Shown: positions 25,221 through 38,700 of the stretch, one piece after another
Layout: every line of letters begins with the position of its first letter
Position numbering within the stretch: the stretch's first letter is position 1
Assembly (NCBI RefSeq): GCF_964355755.1
Contig: NC_092672.1
Coordinates: forward strand, 34,044,437-34,108,436
Origin: Antedon mediterranea
Lineage: Eukaryota > Animalia > Echinodermata
Reading direction: 5' to 3'
Length of the DNA stretch: 64,000 bases
The notes under the pieces: model-generated
The model's database searches: none
Seen by the model: the letters and a program-made list of their open reading frames with translations, nothing else
What the model was told of the DNA's origin: nothing
Position numbers and translations under genes: made by a program

Positions 25221-25727
25221 TTGAGGATTGTATTTCATCTGCAGTCGGACCATTGTTCTTTTCAAGAGAGGTATGGGTTCGAGAACCGTCTGTTGTTCCA
25301 TATTATTGTAGGCAAGATACTTTAGTCTTATTGCAATGCATGATAAAGAATGTTGTAGACTATTCAAAATGATCTTTGCTTTTCTTCCTTATATCTTATT
25401 CTTATTAACTCAAAATTATTTTTACTAACAAACATTACTATTTATATGCCTACTAGGCTAGTGTGTAAACATTATTGACATAATTTCATTATACATCCAC
25501 ATACAGTACAACTCTTCTTAACAATTTTTTCAATCTTCTATCAACTAAAAGTCGTAGTTAGTCATGTCTCGGGTCACATTCTATGGTCACCGTACAGGTA
25601 GGCTACTACATCAGTACTTCTATGAATGGATGACTAGTTGGTGACAAGAACGCTAGTTGGTCATACCCAGTACCGTTTTTGATTTTACGATCATTCGGGA
25701 AACCACCTCACGACAATACATCCATTA

Positions 25728-26053
25728 AGCTTGGTTCCCACTAGCGACGCAACATAACTGACGCAACATAAGAAAATTCTCTTCCAATAATTGTTTTTTC
25801 CCCCGCCTGCGTGAAATTAAACCTGCTTGTTGCGCGTCAACGCTAGCATGCCGTAGACTTTGACCTGGTTTACTCCGCGTGCCTTTGAGTATGCGCGGTT
25901 ATGTTTTCCAGTTGCATGAAATCAAACTGATTTGATTTCCCATAGCGATGTTTTGCAGCACTGTTGCGTCATCGATCCCCACTTGTCATTACGCAATTAC
26001 AGCAATTTGCGTCGATTCCTCACTGATTTGCGTTGCGTTCTAGTGGGAACCAC
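25728..26053. mobile_element. MITE family B
   Basis: agcttggttcccactagcgacgcaac ... gttgcgttctagtgggaaccacac. Confidence 0.75.
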
Positions 26054-26747
26054 ACTGTGCATGGCCTTATATTTGACATATATGGATTCAATATTGCATG
26101 CAGTAATTATACTTTTTAATGTGTATGGCTTCTTCCCAGAAATATAAATATATTTATGTTATTTATATTATTCTACATGGTCGCCTAATAATGCCCAAGT
26201 ATAATACATTTATTAAATGCCACTGGCATACCACCTGCATTGCTCCAGGCTTCAATTTATGATTTCGTACTGACTGATTGATGAGGATGGATTATAAGAT
26301 GGGGTAAGCATGATTGATGATGAAAAGTAAGAAATAGATGACATAAATTTATTCATTCTTAATTGGTCTAATTATTCCAAATGAGAATCAGCCCACGTTA
26401 AAATCAAACTTGTTGAACTCGGAAGGATGCTTATAATTTACAATAAATAAACTATAACTATCGATATCATATTTATGTTAAATAATAAAACGGTATTCTA
26501 GTACTGTAATAATAAAATTAAAAAATTAAAAAAGCATAAATACACTGATGTAATTGAAAATATTCAGTATTATTTATTAAGAAGGAGCTCTCAACCACAA
26601 ACATTAATTTCACACAAATGAAAATATCTCTTGCTAATTTTTACAGTATTCTGTTCTTGCTACTTGATTAAAAAATGTATTTGAGCAACGTTGTTGGATT
26701 AAAATTGTTAATGCAAATATTATATGCATGTAAATAATGCCATTTTA

Positions 26748-29700
26748 TCAAGTATCATCATCTAAGCCCATCTCATCTTCATATTCCTTATTGGAAATCT
26801 GAAAAAAACAAATCAAAAACTGATGTATACCAGTATTTACCAATCAGTACAAATGTTGCAAACTAAAGTTACAAAATAAGTTACCTTTCCTCTCTTGAGC
26901 TTTTTCACCAGCATGGCATCTTTAGCGAGTTCTGCTAAATCATCTTCATCAAACTAATAATAAAAAGAACAATCAATTGTCAACTGCAAAATAGATTCAA
27001 ACAGAATAATTGAAGTAAATGATAAAAAACGTGCCCATATCATTTCTGGGAATCCTTTATTGAATTACAGTTTAAGCAAAAGTAGAAAGCTAATAAAATA
27101 TTTATCATACTTGTTCTCGTTTCCTTTTCTTTGACATCTCTTTTCGTTGTCTTCTGTCTTGTCGTTTATTTTTCTTTTCTTTATGCAAAGACCATGCAGT
27201 TTGTTTCTTCTAAAAAAACAATGTAATGGTTATAGAATTTGTAAAATTTGCCACTATTCCCAGCTAAACCTAAATTTTCCTGCAACTTTTACCCTGCATA
27301 CCAATTTTGACTTGAATGTAAAGTTTTAAAATGAATCAAAAACCCATACTTGAAATTCTTTCTTTATCTTCACTTGCTTTCCGTCCTGTTGTAACCTTAG
27401 TTTCTCTTTCCTGTGTTTTTCTCTTGACTTTTCCCTGAAATGAGTTGAATTTCATAAATGCAAACTGCATAAAGTCTAGTACACCTTGAGGAACCTTCCC
27501 CTTTGACAAGAAAAGGTTTTCAAAGTTTGCTAGTGTAAACCAGTTGACAAACTTCAGTACAAATTTTTCTTGGCTAACTTTACTTTGGAAAATACAGTAA
27601 ACCCCAAGTTTGCAAAACAAAACTAGACTTGACTCATTGATAATCAAAGAACTATAAACATGGGTTAAAATATAAACAACTACCTGAAAGGTATAGCTTG
27701 AATATCAACATTTGAAGCTTGAAATTCTGGGAATTTCCGTCCCTTTGTTTCAGGCATCTTGGGCATCTGCAACAGGCCAAAGCCATTTGCTAGTTTTCCA
27801 AGCTCTAAATCTAAACATAAGAAAGAAACATGTAAAGGTATCTATTTAGTAAGCTTAAGCTTAGATAACATCCTACTAATTAACAAGAATTAAGTTTACA
27901 ACTACAAAGGTAAAATTGGCATTATATAATTAATCTCACCTTTTGCTCTAAAAATGAGACTGCATTCATGTTTAACATACGCCTGGTAGAAAGACACAAA
28001 TGCTTGCATTCCTTTCTCATATATTGCACTGAAAAATACAAAAGGATATCTTTGGTCATTATTAAGTAACACTCCAATTCTTCGATTAGGATCAGCCAAT
28101 TGGTAAACTATATAATAGTTAACTACTGTATCCCAATAATTCCTTCGATGTTTGAATAGTTCCAAATGCTTTAATTTAGCGAAAACCTAATTTTGCACAA
28201 TATCAGAATGTGAACACTTCCTTTAGAATTTCCAGAGTGTTAACTAATACTATATTGTACAGTTTGTCTTAGGACAACTTTAAAATGAAAATGGGAGAGG
28301 GTCGAGCTTTTAAATTTTACAGATAAGTGTGATTCAATTACGAAAGCTGGTAGTCTTATTACCTGATCTTGCTTGCATTTGCATCAGTCACACACTTTTG
28401 TGAGGTTGCATCAAAAATAAACACAAAAGTTGAATAATTCCAAATATAGAAAATCTCCAAATATAGAAAATCTCCAAATAGAAAATCTCCTAATATAGAA
28501 AATCTCCAAATGTTCATCAGAAACAAAATTGCTTCCTTTAATTATAGTAATACTATTATAAGTAACAAAGTGCATTTATCTTTCTTTTTAAGCTCTACTT
28601 CTAAGCTTCAATGTAAAATCATTCCAAATATGGAAAAACTCCAAATATAGAAAATTTCCAAATAGAAAATCTCCAAATATAGAAAATCTCCAAACGTTCA
28701 TCAGAAACACAAATTGTTTCCTTTAAACAGTACGCTATTATAAATGACAAAGTGCATTTATATTTCTTTTTAAGCTCTACTTCTAAGCTTTAATGTTGAA
28801 TCATTCCAAATATGGAAAATCTCAAAATATGGAAATCTCCAAATATAGAAAATCTCCAAATATAGAAAATCTCCAAACGTTCATCAGAAACACAAATCGA
28901 TTCCTTTAAACAGTACGCTATTATAAATGACAAAGTGTATTTTTTTTTTTTAAGCTTCTAAAATTCAATAATTCTTCTATATATAAAATTGTTTCTTTTT
29001 TTTCTAAATAGTCATCAATATAAAAGGCACAAATTGTCGATGACTGAACACGTTCCAATTGGCTACATGCACCATTTTCCATGGAGTTTAAAATCTTCAA
29101 ACAACCATTTGCTTTTGTTCACATTATTATTATTTCCTTTGCAAACTATTTGTTGGGCAAAACAGTTGAGCAGGCAATTTTAGCAAATCTCGATTTTTTC
29201 TTAACAATTCTTTATAGTTATTTGTCCAAAAGCAACCAACGTCATGATGAATTGTGACTCACAATTTGACAAAAAATTTTCCACATTTTACAAATTTCCT
29301 ACTACTTACTAATATTACAACTGTACAACTGTTATGCCTTAGTTATTAACCAGTATTTGTATTTTCAACTTGATTTAGTGATTTACAGAAAACAAGTGAT
29401 TTTAATCGTTTTCTGTAAGTTGGTACACGAATCCAATACAAGATAGGAAAACACCATGTTAACAAAATACCAAAGGTTCTTGAATATGATGTAATAGTCA
29501 TTAAATTGGGACAGTCCAAACAAAAGAATGCATACACATTAACCATAGAATAAGGTAACTGAAAAACAAAATGGACTGTTGTCATAATAAGCAGTGTTAC
29601 TGCTAACTGTTTAGACTTTATCCATTCAGTTTTCTTACTACGTTGCTGAGTTGTCAACTTCTCTGAACTTTTTACCATTTTATACAATAAAATATTTAAT

Positions 29701-32700
29701 ATAGTAACAAACCCCAGAATTATTAAACTACAAAAGTTTGATATTACCATTATATAAAGCATAATGTTAAGATACAAAAAATACAAATCAATATATAATA
29801 AAGTAGAAAGGCTTAAAAAAAATAAAATACTAAATGACCACAAAATACACAAAAATATTTTATACCATTTTAACTTAATGCATTTATACCATACTGGTCT
29901 TGCAACCGCAAAATACCGGTCAATCGATAGAATTGCAAAGTGAACAATACCAAAACAAAATTCTATTATAACTAAGGAAAGGGACAAAAAAGTTAATTTT
30001 ATTGAAATATTCAACACGGCAACCACCCAAGATACACTTAAAATGCAAAAGGACAATGCAGTGCTTCCTATGATGAACATTGCCTTTGTCATTATCTGAG
30101 GGTATCTGAATATGGACAGGAAAAAAATGAAATTTAAAGTGAAACTTATCAAAGAAAAAGATAAATCAATTTCATAATTGGTCCATCGCATTATATTTCC
30201 ATTGAAATAATCCATGATGAAGTGATCCAAAAATGTATTATACAATTTCTCAGTTAATACTACAGTACTACTCATACATTAAATAATGTATATTGTCACA
30301 TATTAGCAATAATGAACAAGTCCTAATATAGACACAAAATGATCAAACAAATTCAAGTATATACTGTAATATATATGGCAGTTATATAAAACTGACCATA
30401 TTTGGCACAGAAATCCTGCTTGCAATCAAATCAATTTGCAATCAACAATGTATGCAATATAACGAATATATGCATGATGAAAAATAATTAAGAAACATTT
30501 TTCAAAGGCCAGAAGCGAGTTATCTGAAGACTAAATCAACTTTATGTAGAGACGTGTAGGCCTATTTCATCACAAATGATGATGTGAACGAAATTTAAAT
30601 AAATCATTCAGCACAAAATTGAATTTCAGTAAATCATATTAGTCAATGAAAAGATTCTTCATTTTTTTTATGAAACTTAATATCAATAATTTAATTGATG
30701 AACAAAGAAAGTACATTACATACATCAACGACAACTAGTTTGACAATAAACGTCTTCAATTATACCAATTCTTCACACATGTCAAAGAATACAATTGATT
30801 ATTCAAACATACAACCACAATACATTATTTAAATTAAGTAATATGATGACAGTAACGATGCTGTTGAGACAAAATCTAATAAACTAAGCTCTATAGAAAA
30901 ATTTCTTTGTTTTTCCACTTTTCCATTTTTAAAAACTTTACATGTAACAGATTTAAAGACTTAAAAGCTATATCTAACATCCTCCAAAAATATCCTTTGC
31001 TCAATTTTCAAAAAGCACAAAATCATTGGCTGTATTTGCCAATAATTGCAGTGGTTTTTTTCCAAGCACCCTTTGATTAAAAAAACCAAATCAATCAACC
31101 ATTTAAAAAATCAAATAAATTTGGATTTTCCAGAAGCAGGTTTAGCCAGCAAGTTAAGAATTATATTTTAAAATATCTGGTTTGTAATCAAATTGATTCA
31201 TCAAGTGATTGAATTTCCAACTTGATTTGGAGTTTTACATGACACAACTGCTTTTACATGTTTTCGATGAGTTGCTGAACGAAGCAAATATACAACAGGA
31301 AAGTAACTAATGGTAAGATGGATAGAAGCATTAAAAATGGTAATCAAGAAATTTAAGGGGCAGTAAAGACAAAAATAGAAATAAAGATTAACTAATGCAT
31401 AAGGCAAGGAAAATATCAAATTACCAAACGATAACATCATTAATGTCACTGCCAAATGGCGCGTTTTCTTCATTCTCCGTTTTCTAGTTTCTTGTGATGT
31501 CAGTAATTGTTTGGTCTGATTTAACACTTTTCTGTACAATAATATGTTCAGTAAAGACGTTATTTTAATGATAACCACACTTATGCAACTTGAAACAAGT
31601 ATTAACATATCCCATGCATTCAGTAACCAATAAAAACTGATTGAAATTAATAAATAAATACAGACTGAAAATACAATAGAAAATATCCACAAAATAATAC
31701 AAACAGTTGTATAACGCTTGACCGTGAGGCTCCTGTAATATATTGGCTTTGAAACAGCAAGATAACGATCAATTGTTATCAATCCAATGTTAACAAAGTA
31801 GAAAAGAATCTTGACATATATTAGTGTATACAAAAAGTACAGTAAACTTTCATAACTTGGTATTACTATAATAAACATGCAAAAAGCTGTTACGCTATTT
31901 GACAAACTGGTACTTGCAATCAGAACATCAGTTTTTGGTAAACTCTTCTTACGATATCTTATGATAGATAAAAAAAGGATGAAATTGAATAAAAATCCAA
32001 TGACGCAAAAAGTGATATATAGCACATAAAAGAAAATATATATGATTGATTCCTGTTCAGAAAAGTCGGTTACATTGTTTTGAGTTGTGTAATCCATTAT
32101 TCAAATATCTATAATTCAAATGCAAAGTCAAATGGTCACTCAAAAGTAAAAACATATGCACAGTATAATTGAAAGGTTGCTAGTGTTTAGTGAAACAAAA
32201 CACAACTCCGTGACTGTCCTAATATAGAAATGAAAGTTTTAAGACGTTTGGAGCAAGTGACTTTCATAAAATAAACATAACAATGTCCCAACATCAATCA
32301 AACATAGCTACCTATAAGTCAATATACTGGTTTAACAGTGTCATAGCAAAACACCAACTGCTCTGTCACAAGCTATTTCCTAATAAAGAAATAAAGTCTT
32401 TGGCGTTTTGAGTACGTTTCATTCAATCAACCACAACTGTCCAATAAAGACCCACAGTAACTACAGTTTTGTATCTTGATGTATGCTTTAATTGCCTTTT
32501 TGATAATGATTATTAATATTTTGCCAATAAAAATAAATTATTAACACGCATCAAATACTTAAGAGACATGTAAGTTTATTCATCATATTGATTCCTACAT
32601 TCACTTGTCATTTAACAAGCTATTTTTAGTTCGAATCACATTTGTTTTTTCACAATTACTAATCTTACAATAAAATCAATAACTTTCAACCAGGGAGTTA

Positions 32701-35700
32701 ATTTCAACAATAATTACTAATGACAATGTACATAAACTAAACTTTGATGGCAGTAGTCACGACAAAATGTCAATTTAAAGACCTCAAAATGACATATTTA
32801 ACCTGCTCATATTTGGGCACCATCACACTTTTTTTAGTTTGATAGAAGTGTAAACATAGTTTAAAGCTCTGTTTACATTATCAAACCAGTGGACTCAATG
32901 ATGACATATGACTACCATATTTGAGCATATCACTACCATATTTGGGCACATCACACTTTTTTGTCACATAAAGTTTGACAGTGTAGTCAGAGCTTAAGAA
33001 ACCCTTAAATTCTGTACAAGTCGTGTCCCGTATAGCAAAAGGATTGTATAAACACATTTAGCAAATTTCAGCTACTCTAAAAAAATTGTATAATAGATGA
33101 GAAAACTCAAATGTTTGGATGTATAATAAATATTGACCATCATATTATATGTCCTGTTTGAAAATATTTTTGTAGGCCTATCTCTTATTTTTTGGGCTGA
33201 TCGATGAATCAACTTAAGACAAAACATTAATTTGCATTTCCAACTTGATTTGGAGTTTTACATATCAAAACTGCTTTTACCAGTTTCCGATGAGTTGCTG
33301 AACGAAGCAAATATAAAGCAGGGAAGTAAATTATAACAAGGTAACCTAAAATATACAGAATAAGTACCAACATATCCATGAAATGACAATCAAAGCAATG
33401 ACGGAAATACAAGTATATTATCGTTAACACCGCATACGGCAAAGAGAAAATCATATTACCAAATGATAACATTAACAATGTCACTGCCAAGTGCCGTGAT
33501 TTCCTCAATCTGTTTTTCAAAGTTTCTTTGTGATGTCAGTAAATGTTTAGTCCGATTTACTTTTCTGTACAACAGTATGTTTAGTAAATGTATTACTGTG
33601 ATAATAACCACACTTATGCAACTTGTAATGAATAGTAACATACGCAATGCCGTCATTAACAAATTAAAATTGTTGTATATGACAGCATACAAACAAACAG
33701 AAAATATAATGGAGAATGTCCACAAAATAAGACAAGCTGTTGTATAACGCTTGACCGTGATGTTCCTGTAATAAATTGGTTTTGAAACCGCAAGATATCG
33801 GTCAATTGATATCAATCCACTGTTAACAAAGTAAAATAGAATATTCACACATATTAATATATACAAAAAGTAAGAAAGATATTCATTACTTTGCAGTTGT
33901 ATAACAAATAATGATGAAGTATTTACACTGTTTGACAAGGTGGTGCTCGCAATCAAAATGTTAGTTTTTGTTATCATTTTAGTATATCTTATGATAGATA
34001 TAAAAAACATAAAATTGATTGAAAATCCAATGGAAGAAAAGAACATTAAATACACTTTAAACAAGACATATCCTTGCAAGTCCAGTGCAAACAATTCTGT
34101 TGCGTTGCCTTGATTTGTGGAATCCATTATGAATCAAACAACAACTTATCTATTTCACGTTTTCCAAGACAGACTATAGTAAAGAAGAACTTTGACAAAA
34201 ATAAATTTGAGTCGCGCAAAAACAGGCAGTAAAAAACTATGCTGAAGAAAGAGTAAAACATGCACTGAAAATTGATGTTACAGTATATATACACTAACAC
34301 AAGTTTACCACGTATTTAGTGAAATGTTGTCTGTGAAAGAGTATATCCTAATAAAAAATAAAGTCATAAGACAAGAATTTTGAGGTTTCGATCACGCTAT
34401 AACAATCTTCTGGAAAATGTGTCAATCAAAAAAAAAACATTTTATTCCACAACAAAACCAAATCAATCAGATACTTGAGAGATAGGCATATTGGATCTGT
34501 CATATTCATACCATACCATTATGAAGTTAATAAGCAATTTTAGTTTCACTTCTATGTAGTTTGTTTAATCCTAAGCTACTCGTCTTACAATAAAATCAAT
34601 ACGTACGTATGATATATCTAGATAATTTCAATCTAATTATAAATAACCAAGTGAAGCAGTATGTTTACATTAATTTCAACTGTCATAACATTCTAGTCAT
34701 GTCATTAAAAAATTGATATTAAATGTGTTTTATTTTAGCCTACATAAAGCAACAAACTTAATTGAGATTACAAGACTACACTAATTCTTATGCATCTTGT
34801 TATGTTCAAGCATGGAGAAGTTCTCCATGCTTGAAGTAAAGGTGCCAATTAGAGCTTAAAACATTGTTCACACTTGACTTTAAATGGTAAATTTATTATT
34901 TATTATTATAGGAGTTGGATAGCCGAGTGGTTAGGACACTTGAATGTCGTACAGATAGACCCAGGTTCAATGCCCGACAACTCCCAGTTCACTCAGCTGT
35001 AAAATGAGTACCTGGTTGAAAATACTAGGGAGAAAAAAGGCGGCGTGGAAAGGAACTGGCCACCTACCACATAATGCCGAGGCTTAGTACAATGAGCTCA
35101 TAACAGCTCATTCCCCTACGTTCAGAGAACACGGGACTCACCACGCACCTTCAGACAGTTTCATTTTTTTTAAACAAATCTGAAAATCACAGGGTTGTGG
35201 TAGCAACTGCATTTGGTCGTTGAGAACAAAACATTGTTATCAACGAACGTCTGTAATTAGGAAGTCGTACCCAGTGCAGCACAGGAAAAAGTATTATATA
35301 AAAGCATAAGCATATTTCAACTACTGCAAAGAATGTTGTTTCATGTTTTTTATAATAAAAACATGAAATACAAAAAAGATGACAAAATACATACGTTTGG
35401 AGAAATATTAAATATGGAATCATAAATATTACAAACAACATGCTCCAAAATATCAATGTTCTGGCTACTTGTCTTGATTTTCTTAAACTGTTTCTCTTGC
35501 TCTGAATATGATTTTGAATCTTTTTTTTTCGGATAAGTCGGTAAAGCAAAGCACTCAATATAATTGAACAAACTATCAAAAAAAAACCTAAACTACTAAC
35601 AATAAAAGCAGGAATAACAGGGAGTGGATTTACTAGCATGTCATCCATCCGTGAAAATTTTAAATGCACTATGACTGGAAATAAAATACCGAAAACCCAC

Positions 35701-38700
35701 ATTACACCACAAATTACTTTGTAGACATTTGCTTTCATATTTTGATATGCAACAGGAATTAATATTGCAATGTAACGATCAAGCGATATCAATAGTATAT
35801 CAACAATTGTCATCAAAGTTTGTACGCTGTGAAAGGTCGCAATAAAATACCATAATGCAATAGGAATTCCGACGGTAACTGCCAAGGAATAAAAAATAAC
35901 TCCCACGATCGAAAGTACAATGTTCGTAAAGCAAGCACTCATGAAAAAAATGCTTGTCTTAATTTTGTTTTTGTAAAACCTTACAATAGAAAGTATGAAT
36001 AATATATTGAGTAGAAGTCCACAAGAATAGAGTGTTTCAAGAAACACAATTCTTCCTATAGCCCTGGGTTCGTCAAACTTTTGATACGATAAATTGATGT
36101 ACATGAAAAATTCACATTCTTCCATTGTCGTTATTTTCACCACAAAAAAGATGTTCACTACTATTTTGATTACAGTCAACTCTCCAAATACCAGATTCTC
36201 TGAAAACTGGAAACTCTCCCAAAACCGAAACTTTTCTTGAGGTACAAAAAGTCCAAAATTTATTTTTACAATTAAAAACACATTCTGTATACCAGACTTT
36301 CCAGAAAACCAGATATATTAAGTCAGCCTAAATGTGCCCGGTTTATTGTATTATTTATTTGAAAATGTTATGTCCAATCCAATAACTTATTTCTGCCAAA
36401 TACTTGTCAGCAGGAAGTTCAGACCCTTCTGTTGTTATGTCTTGTAAATTGTGTTTGGGTTTACAAACTGTCATCAGATAACAACAACAAAATTACTTGT
36501 ATCAAACTCTATAGTCTGATTGACAGAATTTAATAAAGATTGAATAGTTAGTACTGAAGGGGAGAAATATGAGCAAATTTACTTATCAAAATGATGTTTT
36601 CCATTTATTACATTTCCAAGATCAACAAAATTGTTAGATCACTCATGTTACAAACACTACAATGCTAAATTGTAATAACCTATTTATGTCTTTAATGATG
36701 TAAATCTTGAACAAAAAAAAATGAACATGACACTAGAGATAGTTTTAAACAATTGTTTATTTACTTTCTGATGATTTTCATTGGTTCATTGGTTAATTTT
36801 GATTGGTCAAATAATGAGTAGGGGTCGTCAAACACACGGCCAGCCTGTGGTTCTTTTATGGCCAGCCTGTGGTCCGAGGGCGCTAGACATTTAGACAGAG
36901 AGATGTAATAAGAACACTAGAGGGCGTACTCCAGACTGAAAAGTGATTCCAACAGGAGGAGGAACCAACAAGATGGCGGCCGTAAATGTGTCCAAAAACA
37001 TTATTTAATATAACAAATAATAATCTAATATAATACATTAAGACCCATGAATTACAACACATATTCTTGTCAAAGCACAGTGAAGTTTTTATAAAATGAA
37101 AACAGCTGTAGAGGGCTCACTTTAGAAAAGCATGGAAAAGTTATGTCTAGCGCCCTTGGGACCACAGGCTGGCCAGTATGTCTAGCGTCCTCGGACCACA
37201 GGCTGGCCAAAAAAGAATCACAGAGCCGAGACGGGCTGTTTGTGTGTTTTCATGCTAGCGCCCTCGGGACCACAGGCTGGCCAAATGTCTAGCGCCCTCG
37301 GACCACAGGCTGGCCAAAAAAGAGAACCACAGGCTGACCGTGTGTTTGACGACCCCTTTAGCAAATAATTGTCCATCCAACACACTGTAAAGAAAGTTTG
37401 AAATATTGAATCAATAGGCTTGCCTCACTTTCTTTAGATTTTGTCTTATATTATCTTTATTCATTTCATTTTCATATAGAATTTCATTAAACATGTATCT
37501 CTAAAACATATTAGTCTACATTTCATTATCTTATGACATTTATTTATCAATTTATACAGTATAATAGAGATACAGTACAGATGGATAAGACATAAACAAA
37601 CAATACATAACTAGAAGATTTGACACCTTGTTACATTTATTCTCCAGAACTAACAAACAAATAAAGTTCAATACAAGACCAAACAACCTTTTTTTTAAAG
37701 TGTTATAATGTCCTCCTAAAAAAAATTTTTTTTTTCAATTTGTTTTGTTGAATATGCCATTTTAAATTATTGTCATATAACAGTTATTTACTTTGACCAA
37801 AAACTGGATTGGAAAAAAAAAATTATTTTTCTAAAAAAAATATAATTTTTGAATAGCCAAAAAATACCTGTTTTTTTGTTAAAATATGTGAAATAATTAT
37901 TTGTAGTGATTTTTTTTCTACAGAAGTGAATAACTTTTTTTTTTTAATTAACTCTATTAATCTTTATTTTGGATGTTTTTGGGGGACAAAACATCTTTAA
38001 CTAATTGAAGTAGGTAATTTATTCGCACCAAGATTCAACAATTGATACAATTACACTGTGAAAGATATAGAGTTCTGCGGTGTGACGTCACAATAGATGC
38101 CGCTGCATGGTTTCTAGCCAACCAAAAAATGCGTTCAACCCTACTATGTTGATAATCTGTATAGATCTGTATTTCTATCAAATTATGTATCTTAGCTTGA
38201 TTTTTTAACCTAAAAAACAAATATTTTGTGATCTTTTGAAATTTTATTGAAAATTATTAAGTTTACTCCTTCAATAAGCCTATTCCAAACCATTGGTGAC
38301 CTTGGAGTAACTACGGCAGGTTAAATGCATTTTTTGGTTGGCTAGCAACCATGCAGCGCCACCTACCGTCGTGACGTCAGCACCGCAGAACTCTATAATC
38401 TTACAATGCAGAAACTGCATTATTTGCTTTTGACAACACTAGCAGGACATTGTTACGATAGGAAGGAATACGAACCCAGTAAAGAATTGGAAAGAAGATG
38501 TAGTATAAACCGTTAGATAACAAAGCCATGATAACAAAATTTGGGTAGTCCTCAGGACCAATAGATTCATGAACAATTGATACAAAAACAACAAATGTAA
38601 TAATCTCAAGAATCATTATCGGCAGAAACAGGAGAAAGTTCATAAGAACTGTCAAGAACAAAGTCACAGCAAGACGGTGAGATTTTCTTAAATTTGTTTT

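Noticed and set aside
34911-34985. tRNA gene (also about 8335-8400 and 51825-51897)
   Set aside because: A and B boxes are present but there is no full cloverleaf, and each continues into a SINE body.
36126-36281. 52-aa N-terminal extension of GPCR 4 in the ORF track
   Set aside because: It starts at a non-ATG codon and runs through a Tigger-like MITE; the paralogues have short N-termini.
36820-37357. Interspersed ~28-bp repeats resembling a CRISPR array
   Set aside because: Spacing is irregular, the repeats occur in both orientations inside TIRs, the context is eukaryotic and there are no cas genes. They are transposon subterminal repeats.
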